Shown here in pieces: positions 13,901 through 61,443 of a stretch of 64,000 nucleotides of DNA; the first letter of the stretch is position 1, and each line of letters starts with the position of its first letter. The notes below the pieces were generated by a model. The model saw only the letters and a program-made list of their open reading frames with translations, did no database searches and was not told the DNA's origin. The stretch lies in contig OZ024762.1 of NCBI GenBank assembly GCA_964016885.1, forward strand, positions 7,874,001 through 7,938,000, in the 5' to 3' direction. The DNA is from Eledone cirrhosa (lineage: Eukaryota). The translations under genes and the position numbers were made by a program.

Positions 13901-14604
13901 AACATGGTTGGTGTTAGGAAGGGCATCCAGCCGTAGAAAACCCGCCAGACAGTCCTTTATGAGCAAGACAACCAATCTTGCCTCAAGTGGGAAAACTCCC
14001 ATCCAAACCCATGCAAGCGTGGAAGATGGACGTTAAACGATGATGATGATGATGATGATGATGATGATAATATATATATATATATACACACACACACAAG
14101 GTGCCAGATTAAATCATTAGCAATAATTGTTCGGAAGAAGAACATTAGTAATTCTTTTTACTCTTCCTTTTACCAGTTAGAAGCAAGCCAGACCAATCAT
14201 TCCCTCACTCTACTACCTGGAGCCAAAATCTGTCTCCAGTACCCTGGAATAAGGCATTATCTCCGAACACTGCCCTGTAGCCCGAATCTGTAGCTGTTAT
14301 CTCCAGTACTCAGGAGTACAGGCATTATCTCCGATCATGGTCCTGTAGCTTTTCTGTTAGCATTACTCCGGAATACGGGCACCCTCGCCAAAACTCTGGA
14401 ATACGGGCAATCTCTGCCCAAATCTGTAGCTCTGTTGTCTGCAATTATCTGGAATATGTACATTGTCTATAAACCAAATCCAGAACTAGGTGAAAAAAAA
14501 TTCCCTGATGTTTCCTTACAAAGCTTTGAGATGATAGAACAAAAAACCAATAACAACAACAACAATAATAATAATAATAATAATAATAACAAACACTATT
14601 GCAG

Positions 14605-14845
14605 TGGTAATAGGAGCATTAGGATTAATACCCAATTCATCAGAACTGCACCTTAGCATCCTGCCCTACAAGATCGGCAAATATGAGCTACAGAAGATCA
14701 GGCTACTACGAACAGCACACATTCTCAGACAAGTTTCTCTCTCTCTACGAAAACCTCTATTGCCCCAGGTTCAAAGCCTGAACCTGGCAATAAAGAAACA
14801 GAACTGAGCTAGTACAACAATTACAATAATAATAATAATAATAAC

Positions 14846-14876
<31 letters not shown>

Positions 14877-15387
14877 GGATAGTACTAATGGGAACTGCCC
14901 ATATACTAAGGAAGATTCTGTCAATATAAGTACATCACAAATCTAAACACTAAAGATGCATGTGTGAATATGTATGTTCTTTCTTGAACATGGCGGACCT
15001 TGTTGTCTCTTGAGGTCACTGGTTGTGACTTGGTGATAACTCGTATGAACATAAAGCAAGATAAATGCAACTATAATAATAATAATAATAAAATAACAAC
15101 CGATACCAGGATTTAAAGTGGGAGTTAAAAAGGATTTGGAACTGCCATGAAATCAAGGCCGTCCCGATCGTCATAGGCGCACTAGGTACTATCTCAAAGA
15201 GTTTCCAAGGATGGTTAAAGAAGATTAGTCCAGCCCTGCTTTTTGGAACACTTCAAAAGACAGGCTTGCTGGGAACAGCAACAAACCTCCGATACGTCCT
15301 GAATATCTGAGGCTGCAGGTAGCGACTTGATATTCATTCCAACAAACTTTCCAGTTAAATAACATCAATGACTGAGACTCAAAGAAC

Positions 15388-15430
<43 letters not shown>
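14605..15430 (+). mobile_element. Three 5'-truncated R4/Dong-like non-LTR 3' ends separated by (AAT)n tracts
   Basis: VIGALG...LQKIRLLRTAHILR, IVLMGTAHILRKILSI*, and RYQDLKWELKRIW...VPIVIGALGT...LQKTGLLGTA..LRYVLNI*; each is followed by (AAT)n. Confidence 0.8.
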
Positions 15431-15435
<5 letters not shown>

Positions 15436-16194
15436 GAAAAAAATTGAAAGAAAGAAAGAAAAAAAGCTTGTTTTTTTTTACATAATTATTATAATGATCA
15501 CTTTGATAACAAGCGTGGGAGAGCTTCCTTTTCTCTCTCTCTCTCCAGCACCAAAACATCCAACTGCAGTAGTTGTGAGTGGGGGGTTAAGATGCTGAGA
15601 GTTAAGACAAAACTATACAATCACAAGAAATAGACAGAAAGGCAACATTAGTATGTACATGAACAATTTCCAAAATATATTTTTGAAGGATTTTTCAACA
15701 TATAAATCGAGTTTGTGAACATAGCGCTCAAGTATTAGTTTGTCATTCCTCGTGGGGGGGATGGGGTGGGGGACTGGAGGAGTTTTTTTTTCCTTTTTTT
15801 TTTGAAAATCGTTTTATCATTTTTTTTTTTTTTAATATTCGAGAATTGCAGATAAAATTTCATAAAATGTGAATTCAGTATTTTTTAATTTTTTGTTTCT
15901 CCGTTAGTTGAAAAATCTTGATATTAGGAAACAAAACGGTGAAGTAAGATCAATAAAGGGAAAGAGAAAGAGAGAGAGAGAAAGAAGGGGAGAGAGAGAG
16001 AAAGAAAGAGAGAGGAGAAGGTGTGTGTATGTGTGTGTGTAGGGGTGAAGGAAACATGGAGGGGCAGGGGGTTAAATGTTTAGTATAATTGGGCTAAATA
16101 CTTTCTGTACAAATATTTTGTAGTCAAACTGCAGTTTATATATCTGTCTGTGTTTAACTTCTGAACCAATTCTGTACATGGCATACTTTGAAGA

Positions 16195-16240
<46 letters not shown>

Positions 16241-16347
16241 CATATATACACACACACACACACACATATTTGTATATACATGTATATGCATGCATGTGTG
16301 TGTGTGTGTGTATGTATATATAAATATATATATATAAGTATATTTAC

Positions 16348-16380
<33 letters not shown>

Positions 16381-16420
16381 TATATATATTTGTATATACA
16401 TGTATATGCATGCATATATA

Positions 16421-16458
<38 letters not shown>

Positions 16459-17056
16459 TATACACATGTATAAACACACACGTGTGTGAGTTGTGTCCTG
16501 GCAATAAATAAATTTCAGATAAAATTAGGGGGCAAGTTAAAGAGAGAGAGAAAGAAGCAGAGTGGGAACCATTGTTATGAAGGAGGAGGCTTATAGTCAA
16601 TAAAATTCGTTGTTAAAGTCTTTTCCCATTGTTTAGAGACATTTGAAAAATAAAAAGGAAGGGAAATAAAAAAAAAAAAAAAGATTAAAAAAAAAAACAA
16701 CAAAATTGTGGATTTTACCAGGGCTGCTGGAATCATGTTGTTGTTGTAACCCCCTTTCCCCCACATTTCCGTACACACAAACATTCATTGCAGCCTACAC
16801 CCACCCCCACGGCCTAAAAAACACACACACAGATATATTTAATTTATTTCATATAGGAATGACTTGTACATGATTGTTACTGATTTGGTTGAAATTGTCA
16901 GTGTTAGTCAAGTAGAAGCCAGTTTGATCCAATATAAATTATGTATTCCTCTCTATGTAATATATTGAGTGCAACTCTTGTGTTCTCATTACATTTTCAT
17001 ATCATACCACAGCACACACACACACACACATATATATATATGTGTGTGTGTGTGTG

Positions 17057-17254
17057 TGTTAGAAACAGAAGCTTTTGCTGTATTTTTTATTAATGAAATT
17101 TTAGCCTGATAGTGGGCTTTAAAATCCTCTATAAATGGAAAAGGATGAGTATTGATGTATACTCATCCATTTCCATTTTTAAAGGGTTCTAAACCCCACT
17201 ATCAGGCTAAAGTTTTTTTAGTAAAAAATACAGCAAAAGGTTCTATTTCTAACA
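17057..17254. repeat. Imperfect palindrome, about 95-bp arms
   Basis: GTTAGAAAC...TTTAGCCTGATAGTGGG...GGATGAGTAT pairs with ATACTCATCC...CCCACTATCAGGCTAAA...TTTCTAACA around a loop of about 6 nt. Confidence 0.85.
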
Positions 17255-18230
17255 AATTTCAAAGTTTGTTTCAAAACAAACTTGCTTTATATATACACAC
17301 ATCATATATATATATATATATATGTATATATTATATAGATATATACACATATAAATATATATATATGTATATATATATTTATATGTGTATATATATATAT
17401 ACATATATACACATATAAATATATATATATATATACATATACACACATATAAATATATATGTATACACACACACACATATATATATATCATATGCACACA
17501 TTACAAATATTCAAATTAATGTGTAATAATACACACACATACCTAGCTATCATGACAACTTATTAATCTAGTTCTGATGAAGGAGTGAGATGAAAGACAG
17601 GTGAATCATACTGTCAAATGTGTGAGATTAAATAGCTGATAAAGACAGCCCAGCTATGAGTAGCTCAGTCCACTTAGCTGTGTAGTATTACCAACAATCT
17701 AGAAGTTATATGTGAAATGATGACTGTTTCATTAAGTTTGGTTCTACCATCAGTCTGTGACAAAATACAAGGAACTGACATGTTCTTGGAAATTGTGCCT
17801 CAACAGCTTAGAAGAACTTTATCTACTCATTCTAGTGAGTATGAAATGGTGTATATATTACAGAAATGAAACAGGCATGTGTGTGTATGTATTTATATAT
17901 CGAGAGGACCCCTAAGTCATGTCAAGAACATGACAGCTTCTCTAGTGTGGTGATCTACACAATAAATGCATCCAGTACATGCTGTAAAGTGGTTGGTGAT
18001 GGGAAGGGCATCCAGCCATAGAAAGCTTGCCAAACAAAGGGTTGTGTGATCTCTTTGGTTGTGTCAAAGTCATGACAACCTCTCCTGTGCACTCAGTAGA
18101 ACACGAGACCGTAAGCAACATGCAGTTCCCTGGCCGGTCTGGGAGTTCAGTAGCCCAACCTCAGTGTTGAGTTGGTCTACGTAGACCCGTCCAACTTTTG
18201 CTAGCAGGGATAGCAGATGTTAAAATGATG

Positions 18231-18298
<68 letters not shown>

Positions 18299-19408
18299 CA
18301 AATATATATACATATACAAACATATACAAATATATATACATATACAAATATATATATATATATACACATACATACACATACATAAATAAAAATATAAATA
18401 TACATACATAAATATATATATATTCTTTATTATAGCTAAGAGCTAAGTGATTAGTGTTGTTTATTCAGGTGTTTCACTTGGGTTCTAACAAGATTACCAA
18501 ACAAGAGTCTCTCTGACAAACCTCTAATACACAGGTTTAACTCAACAGTAACAAAATTCATCACAAAGAACATTATCAAACTCTATTTCAGTGTTGAGTG
18601 ATCTTTCCTGCTTTCATCAACATCACACAGATATATATGTATATACATACACACATACACAGATTGTATACGTCATTCACACACTTTACGATTAGCTGTA
18701 GGGATTTCTATCTTAGAATATATATATACATGTTGGTATATATATATATAGGTGTGTGTATGTATGTATGTGTGAGTGAGTGTATATACACACAACAGGC
18801 TTAACAGAAACTTTGTTGTATATTGAAGCATAACCAGTGAAAGAAGGATTTCCAACATTAAGGATCAATAATGAATGTAGGGCGAGGAAAGGTGAGAGGC
18901 CCTTGTCCTTGGATTAAGTTACAGTGTTTTTCTAGTACAGGTTAACAGTTACAGCATTGAAGGAGAGAGAGAGAGGGGGGGAGCAATGGTAGTCTGAAAG
19001 GTCCATGGGGGATACAGAGAAAAGGCTGGGAATTAACAAACAAAAACTGATCTCTGCCTAGCAAATATTGATGGTATTAAACCCGAGAGATTTTGAGTGT
19101 GTATATATATATATACATATATATATACACACACATATATATATATACACACACACACACATATATATACACACACACATATATGTATATACATATATAC
19201 ACACACACATATATATATATACATACACACACACACACCTATATATATATATATACATATATATATATACATAGACACACACACACCTATTTTTATTTTT
19301 GTTTCCTTCTGGCAGTGCACACTTCCTCCCCACCCACCCCCCCACTACGGAATTTTCACTTCTTAGTCTTATCCACATATATATACATGTGTGTGTGAGT
19401 GAGAGTGT

Positions 19409-19439
<31 letters not shown>

Positions 19440-20584
19440 AAGACCTTTCTTCTCCAATGAGAGAATGTAACAGATTTATGATTGAGAGAGAGAGAAGTAA
19501 ACAGACAGACAGCGAGAAAGGGGGATAGATAGAGAGATAGAGAGAGTGTGTGTAAAGACCCCTCTTCGCCAATGAGAGAATGTAACAGATTTATGATTGA
19601 GAGAAAGAGAGATAGATAGATAGATAGATAGATATAGAGCGAGAAAGGGAGAAAGACAGAGAGAGAGAGAGAGATAGAGAAAAATGTCATGGTTACATAT
19701 TCTCAAAATAATAAAAATGGTGAGGGCAGTGGCACTAAGAAGACTTGAGCTGCAGGCACTTGGCAATACAACAACCAACAAACCCCCTGTACACAGCCTC
19801 AATCACTTTACTTACCCCCAGGTTTTTCATTCTTTCTTATTTTATTTATATATATTTTAAAAAATTTTGTGAAGTCCTCTGACATTGGATTTTGGGGTTT
19901 TTTGTTTTTCAATGTTTCAACAGAAAAAGGATAAACAATTTTTTTGTTGTTTTTATTATTATTATTATTATTATATTATTATTTTAATATATTATTATTA
20001 TTAATATTATTATTATTAATATTTCTTAATATTCTTGTGTGTTTTTTTGTTTTGTTTTGCTTTTTTGTTTTTTTCTTCTGTGAGAAGCTTCCTCAAGTTG
20101 TTTCTAAAGACTTTAATGTGAAAGTCTTTCAACTTGGCTGTGTTCAGGAAAGCTTTGCTGCTGTTGGCAGTGATGGTGTTCATCTCACCGTTCCGGTCGG
20201 CAAGTTTAAGATACGCTCAAACTCAAACCCATCGCACACTCTTCAGTTGAGTCGAGCCGAGTCGAGTCAAGTCAAGTCAAGTCGAGTCGAGTTAAGTCGA
20301 ATTGAGTTGAGTTGAGTTGAGTTTAGGTGAGTTTTAGGTGAGAGGTTGGAGTGAGCAGGCTTATTTTTCAAAAAACATCACTATCAGAGTAACTGAACTG
20401 GCGCCAGTAAATCTCTCTCTCTTCAGCCTAGCACAACTCTCCACCATTCTCCACGTAACAATCACTAGGCAGGAAATGTAAAGACTAATACATTAACAAT
20501 CACTGGCCTCAAATTTTGGTCTTTTTTCCTTTTTATTTTTGTAATAAAATTTTTTTTCCTTTTAATATAAACATTTGATTTGTG

Positions 20585-54036
<33,452 letters not shown>

Positions 54037-54964
54037 CTGCCATTAGAGAAACAGAGAAAATAGTTTTAGATGATTCCATTTTGGAACAAGAAATAATTCA
54101 TTTACAGAGAGGTATAATTAACCCCAACCAACCTGAAATTACTGGTATCTTTATAATTAGGTTCAGTCTGTCCAAAGCTGGGACTTACCTTGGTTTCACA
54201 GGCATTAAACCTTTAGCATTTAAACCAGCCATATCCGGCCAGAATTTTCTCATCTCTTTCTGTTCAAACTGGCTGCTCATACTTATGTTAAGATATTGTT
54301 CTCAAAATAAATAATATCAAAATCTCAAAGATTCGATATCACGTGAGATAATTATGTGTGAATTTTACTCGAAAATACAATAGTAAATATAGAATAATGT
54401 AAATGCTAAAGGGTTAACACTAACCAACCTGGAATAACTGGCATCTTTATAATTAGGCTCAGTTTATCCAAAGCTGGGGCTTATCTTGATTTAACTGGCA
54501 TTAAGCATCTGAGAGGCCAGGACCTCCACCACCCCGACAGGGTGCTAGTCTATCGCAGGATTAACTCTTTTGATAACAAACTGCCCCTGGTTCTACAATA
54601 CAGAATCACCTGAAACTGCCCCTGGTTTTATAATACAAAACTGTTTATTTTAAAGTTTATATTTTATCTAAAAACCTTCCATTATAATATTATGCAAAAA
54701 CCTTTGTTAAGTTATGTTCCAGTCAGCAACTTAAAATGACAAAGTTAGTTATTATACTTAATCCCTCCAAATTCTTGATTATTTTCTAAATTATTTGAAA
54801 ATTATAGGCATTAGAAATATGGTAACAAAAGGCTAAAACCCTGTTAATGGAACTTCTTTTCAATTGACATGACTGAAGCAACATGAAATGAAGTGTCTTG
54901 CTTAAGAACACAATATGCCATTCAGTCAAGGAACTGAACCCATGATATAACAATCAGAAGCCTG

Positions 54965-55340
54965 ATATCCTAACCACTTGACTACACAGAAGTCTAACAC
55001 ACTAACCACTTGACTACACAGAAGTCTGACACACTAACAACTTGACTACACAATCCACTTGACTACACAGAAGTCTGACACACTAACCACTTGACTACAC
55101 AGAAGCCTTACACACAATCCACTTGTTTACACAGCAACTTGACACATAAAGTACTTATCTACACAGAAGCCTAACACACAAACCACTTGTCTACACAGAT
55201 CCTAACACACTAACCATTTGCTTACACAGAAACCTAAGACTCCTTGTCTACACAGAGGCCTTACATATTAACCCCTTGACTACACAGAAACCTATCACTA
55301 ACTACTTATCTACATAGAAGCCTCATATCTTAACCATTCG
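54965..55340. repeat. Degenerate minisatellite, about 32-bp unit
   Basis: CTAACCACTTGACTACACAGAAGTCTGACACA variants. Confidence 0.85.
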
Positions 55341-55842
55341 TTCATATAACTTCACATAGTTTTACAATGCAAAACCTTGGATTGTACCTTTAAACACTCC
55401 ATCATAATTTCAAGTAAGAACTTCTTAAGATTTGTTAATAACATCTTAATTCATAACATCATGTAATGATTTAGCAAAAATATCTGAAAGCAAGTTTGTT
55501 AATTCAAATGTTTATAGTAATTTTACTAGTGGACAGATCATTGTGAAAATTTGTAATATAAAAGTAAAGAGCTCAGGTTTTAATGTAATGCAGTCATAGT
55601 GTAAGTTTTATACCTTTCAAGAATGTCTTGTTGGTATGGTCTCATGTAGAACAAGATGTTATGAGTTAATAATAAAAGGATCAGACAGTCTATTAAATAC
55701 TCCCAAATTCTTGCTTATTTCTAAAATTCATTGTAACAGATAGAGAGTATTTCATTAGAAATTGGGTAAAAAAAAAGTGGGAGTTAAAGCAAAATGTTGT
55801 TTAGTTTATTATCACCAGATGAAAATAAATATACCATTAGAT

Positions 55843-56013
55843 CAGGGTTTCCCAAAATCCACCAAATGCAGAACCGTTTTTGGTTCAGAAACTTTTGGGG
55901 AAACCTGTTATATGATCATAATATAAATATACTCCTCTACCTTTGTTCACGGAAGCCCAGACACACTTTTGTGGAACCTTTGGGTTCTGCGGAACCCACT
56001 TTGGGAACCACTG
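55843..56013. mobile_element. hAT MITE
   Basis: Terminal inverted repeats CAGGGTTTCCCAAA / TTTGGGAACCACTG with a perfect 8-bp target duplication CATTAGAT. Confidence 0.88.
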
Positions 56014-56525
56014 CATTAGATAATGGTCTGTTTGGGTGGTTAAGAAGTGTACTTAAAAATCACGTGGTTGGGGGTTGAGTCCCATTGTGTTGTATTTGAG
56101 CAAGCTTCTACTACAATAATAACCTGGTGCCAATCAACACCTCGTCAGTGAATTTAGGAGAGGGGAAGCTATGAGGAAACATGTAGTCTGAGTATGTGGC
56201 TGTGTTTGAGTGAACAAATGGGAGAAACAAAACTCAATACCTTAGCACACTCATACAGTCAAGCCTTCTATTTCAATCTCTAAATATATCGACAGTTGAT
56301 CCCAGACCATGTCAAATCGGACCGAGGAAACAATGTTTCTATTGGTCTTTCCAATTGCTAATACTATCTGCTGGTTGCAAATCCAGGTAGAAGGAGCAAC
56401 GTGAAATAAAGTGTCATGCACAAGGACATAATGAATCACCTGGTCTGGAAATCAAACTCACAACCTCATAATTGCAAATCCAATTCTATAACCACCCAGC
56501 CATGCACCTTCACAATATATTTATG

Positions 56526-56579
<54 letters not shown>

Positions 56580-57689
56580 GTAACATGGTAAAAACCTCCC
56601 AGTCCCACACTGTAAATGTGGTCGGTGTTAGGAAGGGCATCCAGCCGTAGAAAACCCGCCAGACAGTCCTATGCGAGCAAGACAACCACTCTTGCCTCAA
56701 GTGGGAAAACTCCCGCCCAAACCCATGCAAGCGTGGAATATGGACGTTAAACGATGATGATGATGATGATGATATATATATTTAAATTGAAACAGAAGGC
56801 TTTTGAAACTAACTTTTTTATTACATATAATAGTCTATTAATGAGCATTATTAGACTATTCTAAAGAGTTATGGTGGAGTCTTCTATTGCAATTTGAATT
56901 TTGAAACTCTGTTCATCACTTTCTAAACATACTTCCTTTATATATATATATATATACAATGTAAATATTACATTGTATATATTACATCAAGTTATATTCA
57001 TATTTGTAACTGGTAATATTTAATATTACTCACTATATATATATAACAAACAAATAGTTTATCGCTCTACATGGCTGAATACAATACATATAACCCGAAT
57101 TTTTCGAATATTAACATGGCTTTAAAGAGGTTGTTTGCATAATTGCAATTGAATTGAATATTATTATTAATATTCGAAAAACTCAGATTACATTTATTAT
57201 ATATATATATATATATATATATCATCACCACCATTACTATTTAACATCTATTTTCCATGCTTGCATGAGTTAGATGAGTTATCATAGTGTTAGCCAGGTC
57301 AGGTGACTGTCTTGCTCACACAGATTTGTTTCTCTAATGTCAACCACAAAACCACATTACAGCATGTACAGGGAGCTTTTTATCTACTACCTCTTCACAG
57401 GGTTGACTGGGTACTATTTGTCAAGGCCCCCAGCAAGACCATCTTACAGAGTGAACTGGGTGCTTTTTTTTTTTTTTTTTTAATTGATGTGGCACCAGCA
57501 CAGAGTTGCCTGGGTGCTTTTTGTCATGGCACGACCACCTTACAGAGTGAACTGGGTGTTTTCTGACATGGCACTAGTTACTACCATTGTTGTGGCACCA
57601 TCACTGTGGGGGGAGCAGGTGTTGGCTTTCCATGCATGCAGGCATGGAGTTGGACAGGAAAGGTGTAGAGAGGCATGTGGAGGAGGAGT

Positions 57690-59650
57690 AGGAGGGGACT
57701 ATTGTGACAGTCATTTGACACCTAGTCTTACTTTAGAATGGACTGATCAATTCTCAGAAGTTAATGTCAATGTATTCAAAGGAAATCTCGGACCGGTAAA
57801 TATCTTAGACTCTGAGAAAAAAAGAAATAGATTTAAGCCTGAACTATTTGATTTGATGGCAAATGGAACCAGAAAATGCACCAAGTCGAAAGAGGCCATT
57901 TCAAAGTGGTGTAACACAACTGCATCTGAAATGAGGGCCTATTGGCAGCGTGAAGACGCGTGGCTTAGTGGTTAGATTATGAGGTTGTAAGTTCAATTCT
58001 CGGACCGGGTGATGCGTTGTGTCCTTAGCAAGACACTTTATTTTCACATTGCTCCTTCTTCCAGGTGTTGCAACCGGTAGATCATATCAGCAATGGAAAG
58101 ACCAATGGAAACATTGTTTCCTTGGTTTGATTTGACGAGGTCGACCCTACTCGGCAAGTGAATGAGGTCTGGCATCTTGTTGATCCATCAGAGCAATATT
58201 GCCTTTCAAATAATGATGGAGATTGTTTCTGTACCAAATCAGGACATGTATTTCTTGAAAGACAACTTGTTCCAGGATCTACAGGGATCAGGGAATTAAT
58301 TACTAGACACAGGTTAGATAAACTGACTCAATATTTCCATATTTCTGATTTCACCCAGAATCCAGTCCATGGTAATCCTGAACACAACAGACTTGCTCAT
58401 ATCCAGTCTTTTATTGAATGGACACGCCAAAATTTGAAGCTACAGTATAACCCACATTGTGAAACATCCATTGACAAGGCTATGACTGCTTTCAACAGAC
58501 GACTGACCATCAAACAGTACATTCCATTGAAGCCTTTAAAATGTTGATGCGGGCTGATCTCCACAATGGTTATGTGAACGATTTCCAAGTTTATACTATG
58601 AAAGTTTCAAATCAGCTCGAACAAGGACTTTGAGAAAGAGTTGTGAAGGACCCCACAAGAGACATATGGGGACAAAACCACCATGCATATTGTGAAATTT
58701 CTTTCCATCTCCATAACTCTTTGAGGAACTCCTATAGAGTAGGACATATGTTTGCAGCACAGTACATGAACATAGAAGTATGTATGGTCCCGTAACTCCT
58801 GATAAGAGTTGTAAGGGTGCCGTATCGGCATACAGCGTTTCTTGGGTATTTTAAGCCTGGCAGAGCCCATCCTTCTCCAGGCCTGAATACAGCCGGTTTC
58901 TTCCAGAGATGGATAGAGAGAGCATAGAAGTGATAAAGAGATATAGAAGAAGAATCCACCCCAGTATTATACTGGTACATTTTTTTTATCGACCTTGAAA
59001 GGATGAAAAGCAAAGTTGACCTCGGTGGGATTTGAACTTAGAGAGTAGAGAGCTGGAACAAATACCAAAATACATTCTATCCAACATTGTAACGACTCTG
59101 CCAATAAACATGGAAGAGGCATGCCAAAAGCTACCAACTCAGACAAATTGAAAAAACAAGGTGACTTGATTAAAAAACAAATAGGGAACCTGGTGGCAAT
59201 GGACTGGCATAAGAAGACTGTAACACTGCTGACAACCAATGTCAGTCTGAATAACTTAGTGTTCGGGGAATACCACAATCTGCCATGTTCAAGAGCAATA
59301 AAAAAAATTATGCTGAGGACCATGAAGACCAGTTGAGGGCCACGAACTGCAGTGGAAGGAACTCTAACAAATGATGGAAATATCTGTTTAATTTTATTGT
59401 TGGTATGGCTATATGTTCATCATTTGTGCTGATGAAACAGTCACTAAATTACAAACTCCTGTCTAAAAAAAGGCAAGAACAAACAAAAATATACTAAGTC
59501 AGTTTTGAGAATGAATCTGGTCCATCAAATAATCAGTGACTATTCTTATAAAAGAAAAAGATCCCTGGAAGAAGATTCCCAGGTCCACGGTGCCAAGCAC
59601 TGGCTTGTAGACTGGGGGGGCGTAAACAATGTTCCAAAGAGAACATTAGA
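57690..59650 (+). pseudogene. Fossil piggyBac (PGBD4-like) transposase split by SINEs
   Basis: WCNTTASEMRAY, ITRHRLDKLTQYFHISD, YNPHCETSIDKAMTAFNRRLTIKQYIPLKPLK, DWHKKTVTLLTT, WKYLF and RMNLVHQII, with many stops and frameshifts. Confidence 0.88.
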
Positions 59651-61095
59651 AGGGAACCCAAAAAAGCCATATCATATCGAACATTTTGAACTATTGATCA
59701 TCAGCACCGTTTTACATCCATTCTTCCACACTAGCATGGGTTAGACGGGTTGCCCTGTTGTGGGCAATGCCAGGTCGGGTGACCATGTCTTGCTCATACG
59801 GGAACTGATTTTGGCTTGATTTCTACAGCTGGATGCCCTTATTGATATAGGATATGTTGAGAGTTAAAGAATATAATATTTTTTCCTGTTTTTGCTCATA
59901 TTTTATGATACTAAATTGTTTATTTAATTTAATGAAATGAAATTATAATGAACTTCTTGGCAAGATCCTTTAAAAAATTTAGTTTTCAACTCTCACTGAA
60001 ATTGTCATGTTTAAATCTTCATTATTTATAAACTTAGAGCAATTTTTGTATGAACATGTTAAATAATTATCGATTTTCACTATTCAGCTTAGGGAACTAG
60101 TGTCAAAATATCATGTCTTTCAGGGAAGTAATCAGTATGAGCAGCCAGTTACAACCGGTTTGAAGAGAAAGAGATGATAGAATTACAGCTGGTTTAAATG
60201 CTAAAGAGTTAAAGGATTTTGAAATGAATAAGAGTGCATGTATAAACACTGTTTGAATCTTTTGGCTAACCATATGTAAGCCTTACTAGTTGTGGATGTA
60301 TCGACCTTACATTTATAAACTACATTAATTGATAGGTATTTCACTGCTAAAGAGCAGTTGTCCCTTGTGTTGCAATTACAACTAAATTTGAGATTGTCTA
60401 TATTTTTATGGTTAGATAATTTGGCTTAGTAAGTTTGTGTGCCAGGTTGGGAGTTGTGGAATAGGATATTCCACAACTCCCAACCAGTGTTTTTATTGAA
60501 TATCTTATGTGGATGCGCTAAGGGAAAATGCTTCCTAAATAATGCTTTAGCTATTGGTGTGGCCAATTCCATTATTATATAGTAGGTTATACCATATAAT
60601 GTGTCTAGATCTATTTTCCCTAATTTTGTGCTTGTACATAGTGTATTCTGCTTTATATAGAAATTCGCTCCAAGTCAGAGCTTCATTATATGTGGAATGA
60701 TTGGTAAAAATGTGCTTGTTAGGTGATAAACAACAAAGCCTCAATGAGGCGTTCTTAACCAGGTTTTTAGTTAAATAATGTATTTAGATTTCTTTTATTA
60801 TCATTGCATACAAATAGCTGAAACTGTATGGTGGTCATGTAGGTATCATAACAAAAAGCACCCAGCCCACTGTAAAGTGGTCATGTAGGTGTCATGACAA
60901 AAAGCACCCAGCACACACTGTAAATGTGGTTGGTGTTAGGAAGAGCGTCCAGCTGTAGAAACCAAGCCAGAAACAGTTATATATGAGTAAGACACGGTCA
61001 CCTGACCCAACTTGCCTCAAATTGGACAACTCATGTTAGTGTTGAAAGTGGACGTTAAACAAAGATGATGATGGTAATATAAATATATATCCTAT

Positions 61096-61443
61096 GGAGG
61101 CACATGGCTTAGTGGTTAGAGCATTGGCCTTGCAATCAAAAGGTTGTGAGTTCAATTCTCAGACCGGGTGATGTGTTGTTTCCTTGAGCAAGACACTTTA
61201 TTTCACATTGCTCCAGTTTACTCAGCTGTAGAAATGAGATGATAAGGACTGGGGTCCATATCATTCAACTGCAAAGTGGTCGTGGAGGTGCCACGGCAAA
61301 AAAGCACCCAGCACTCACTGTAAATGAGGTTGGTGTTAGGAAGGGCATCCAGCTGTAGAAATCAAGCCAGAATCAGTTCCCGTCCCACCCTTGCAAGCAG
61401 GGAAAAAGCGGACGTAAAATGAAATGATGATGATGATGATGAT
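61096..61443 (+). mobile_element. Full-length tRNA-derived CORE-type SINE with RTE-derived tail
   Basis: A box TGGCTTAGTGG, B box GAGTTCAATTC, CORE-like CCTTGAGCAAGACACTT...CTGTAGAAATGAG, tail TTGCAAGCAGGGAAAAAGCGGACGTAAAATG then (ATG)n. Confidence 0.92.

Noticed and set aside
17574-17600. Isolated CTGATGA (also CTGAGGA at about 8543 and CTGATGA at about 11870)
   Set aside because: No well-paired stem II followed directly by GAAA with a matching stem I; 11870-11955 is at most a heavily decayed relic.
15365-19802. Many ORFs rich in YI, HT, CV or poly-I/Y
   Set aside because: They are translations of (TA)n, (CA)n, (GA)n and (AAT)n microsatellites.
61096-61170. tRNA-like sequences with A and B boxes
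   Set aside because: These are SINE heads: no complete acceptor stem, and always followed by the same core and tail.
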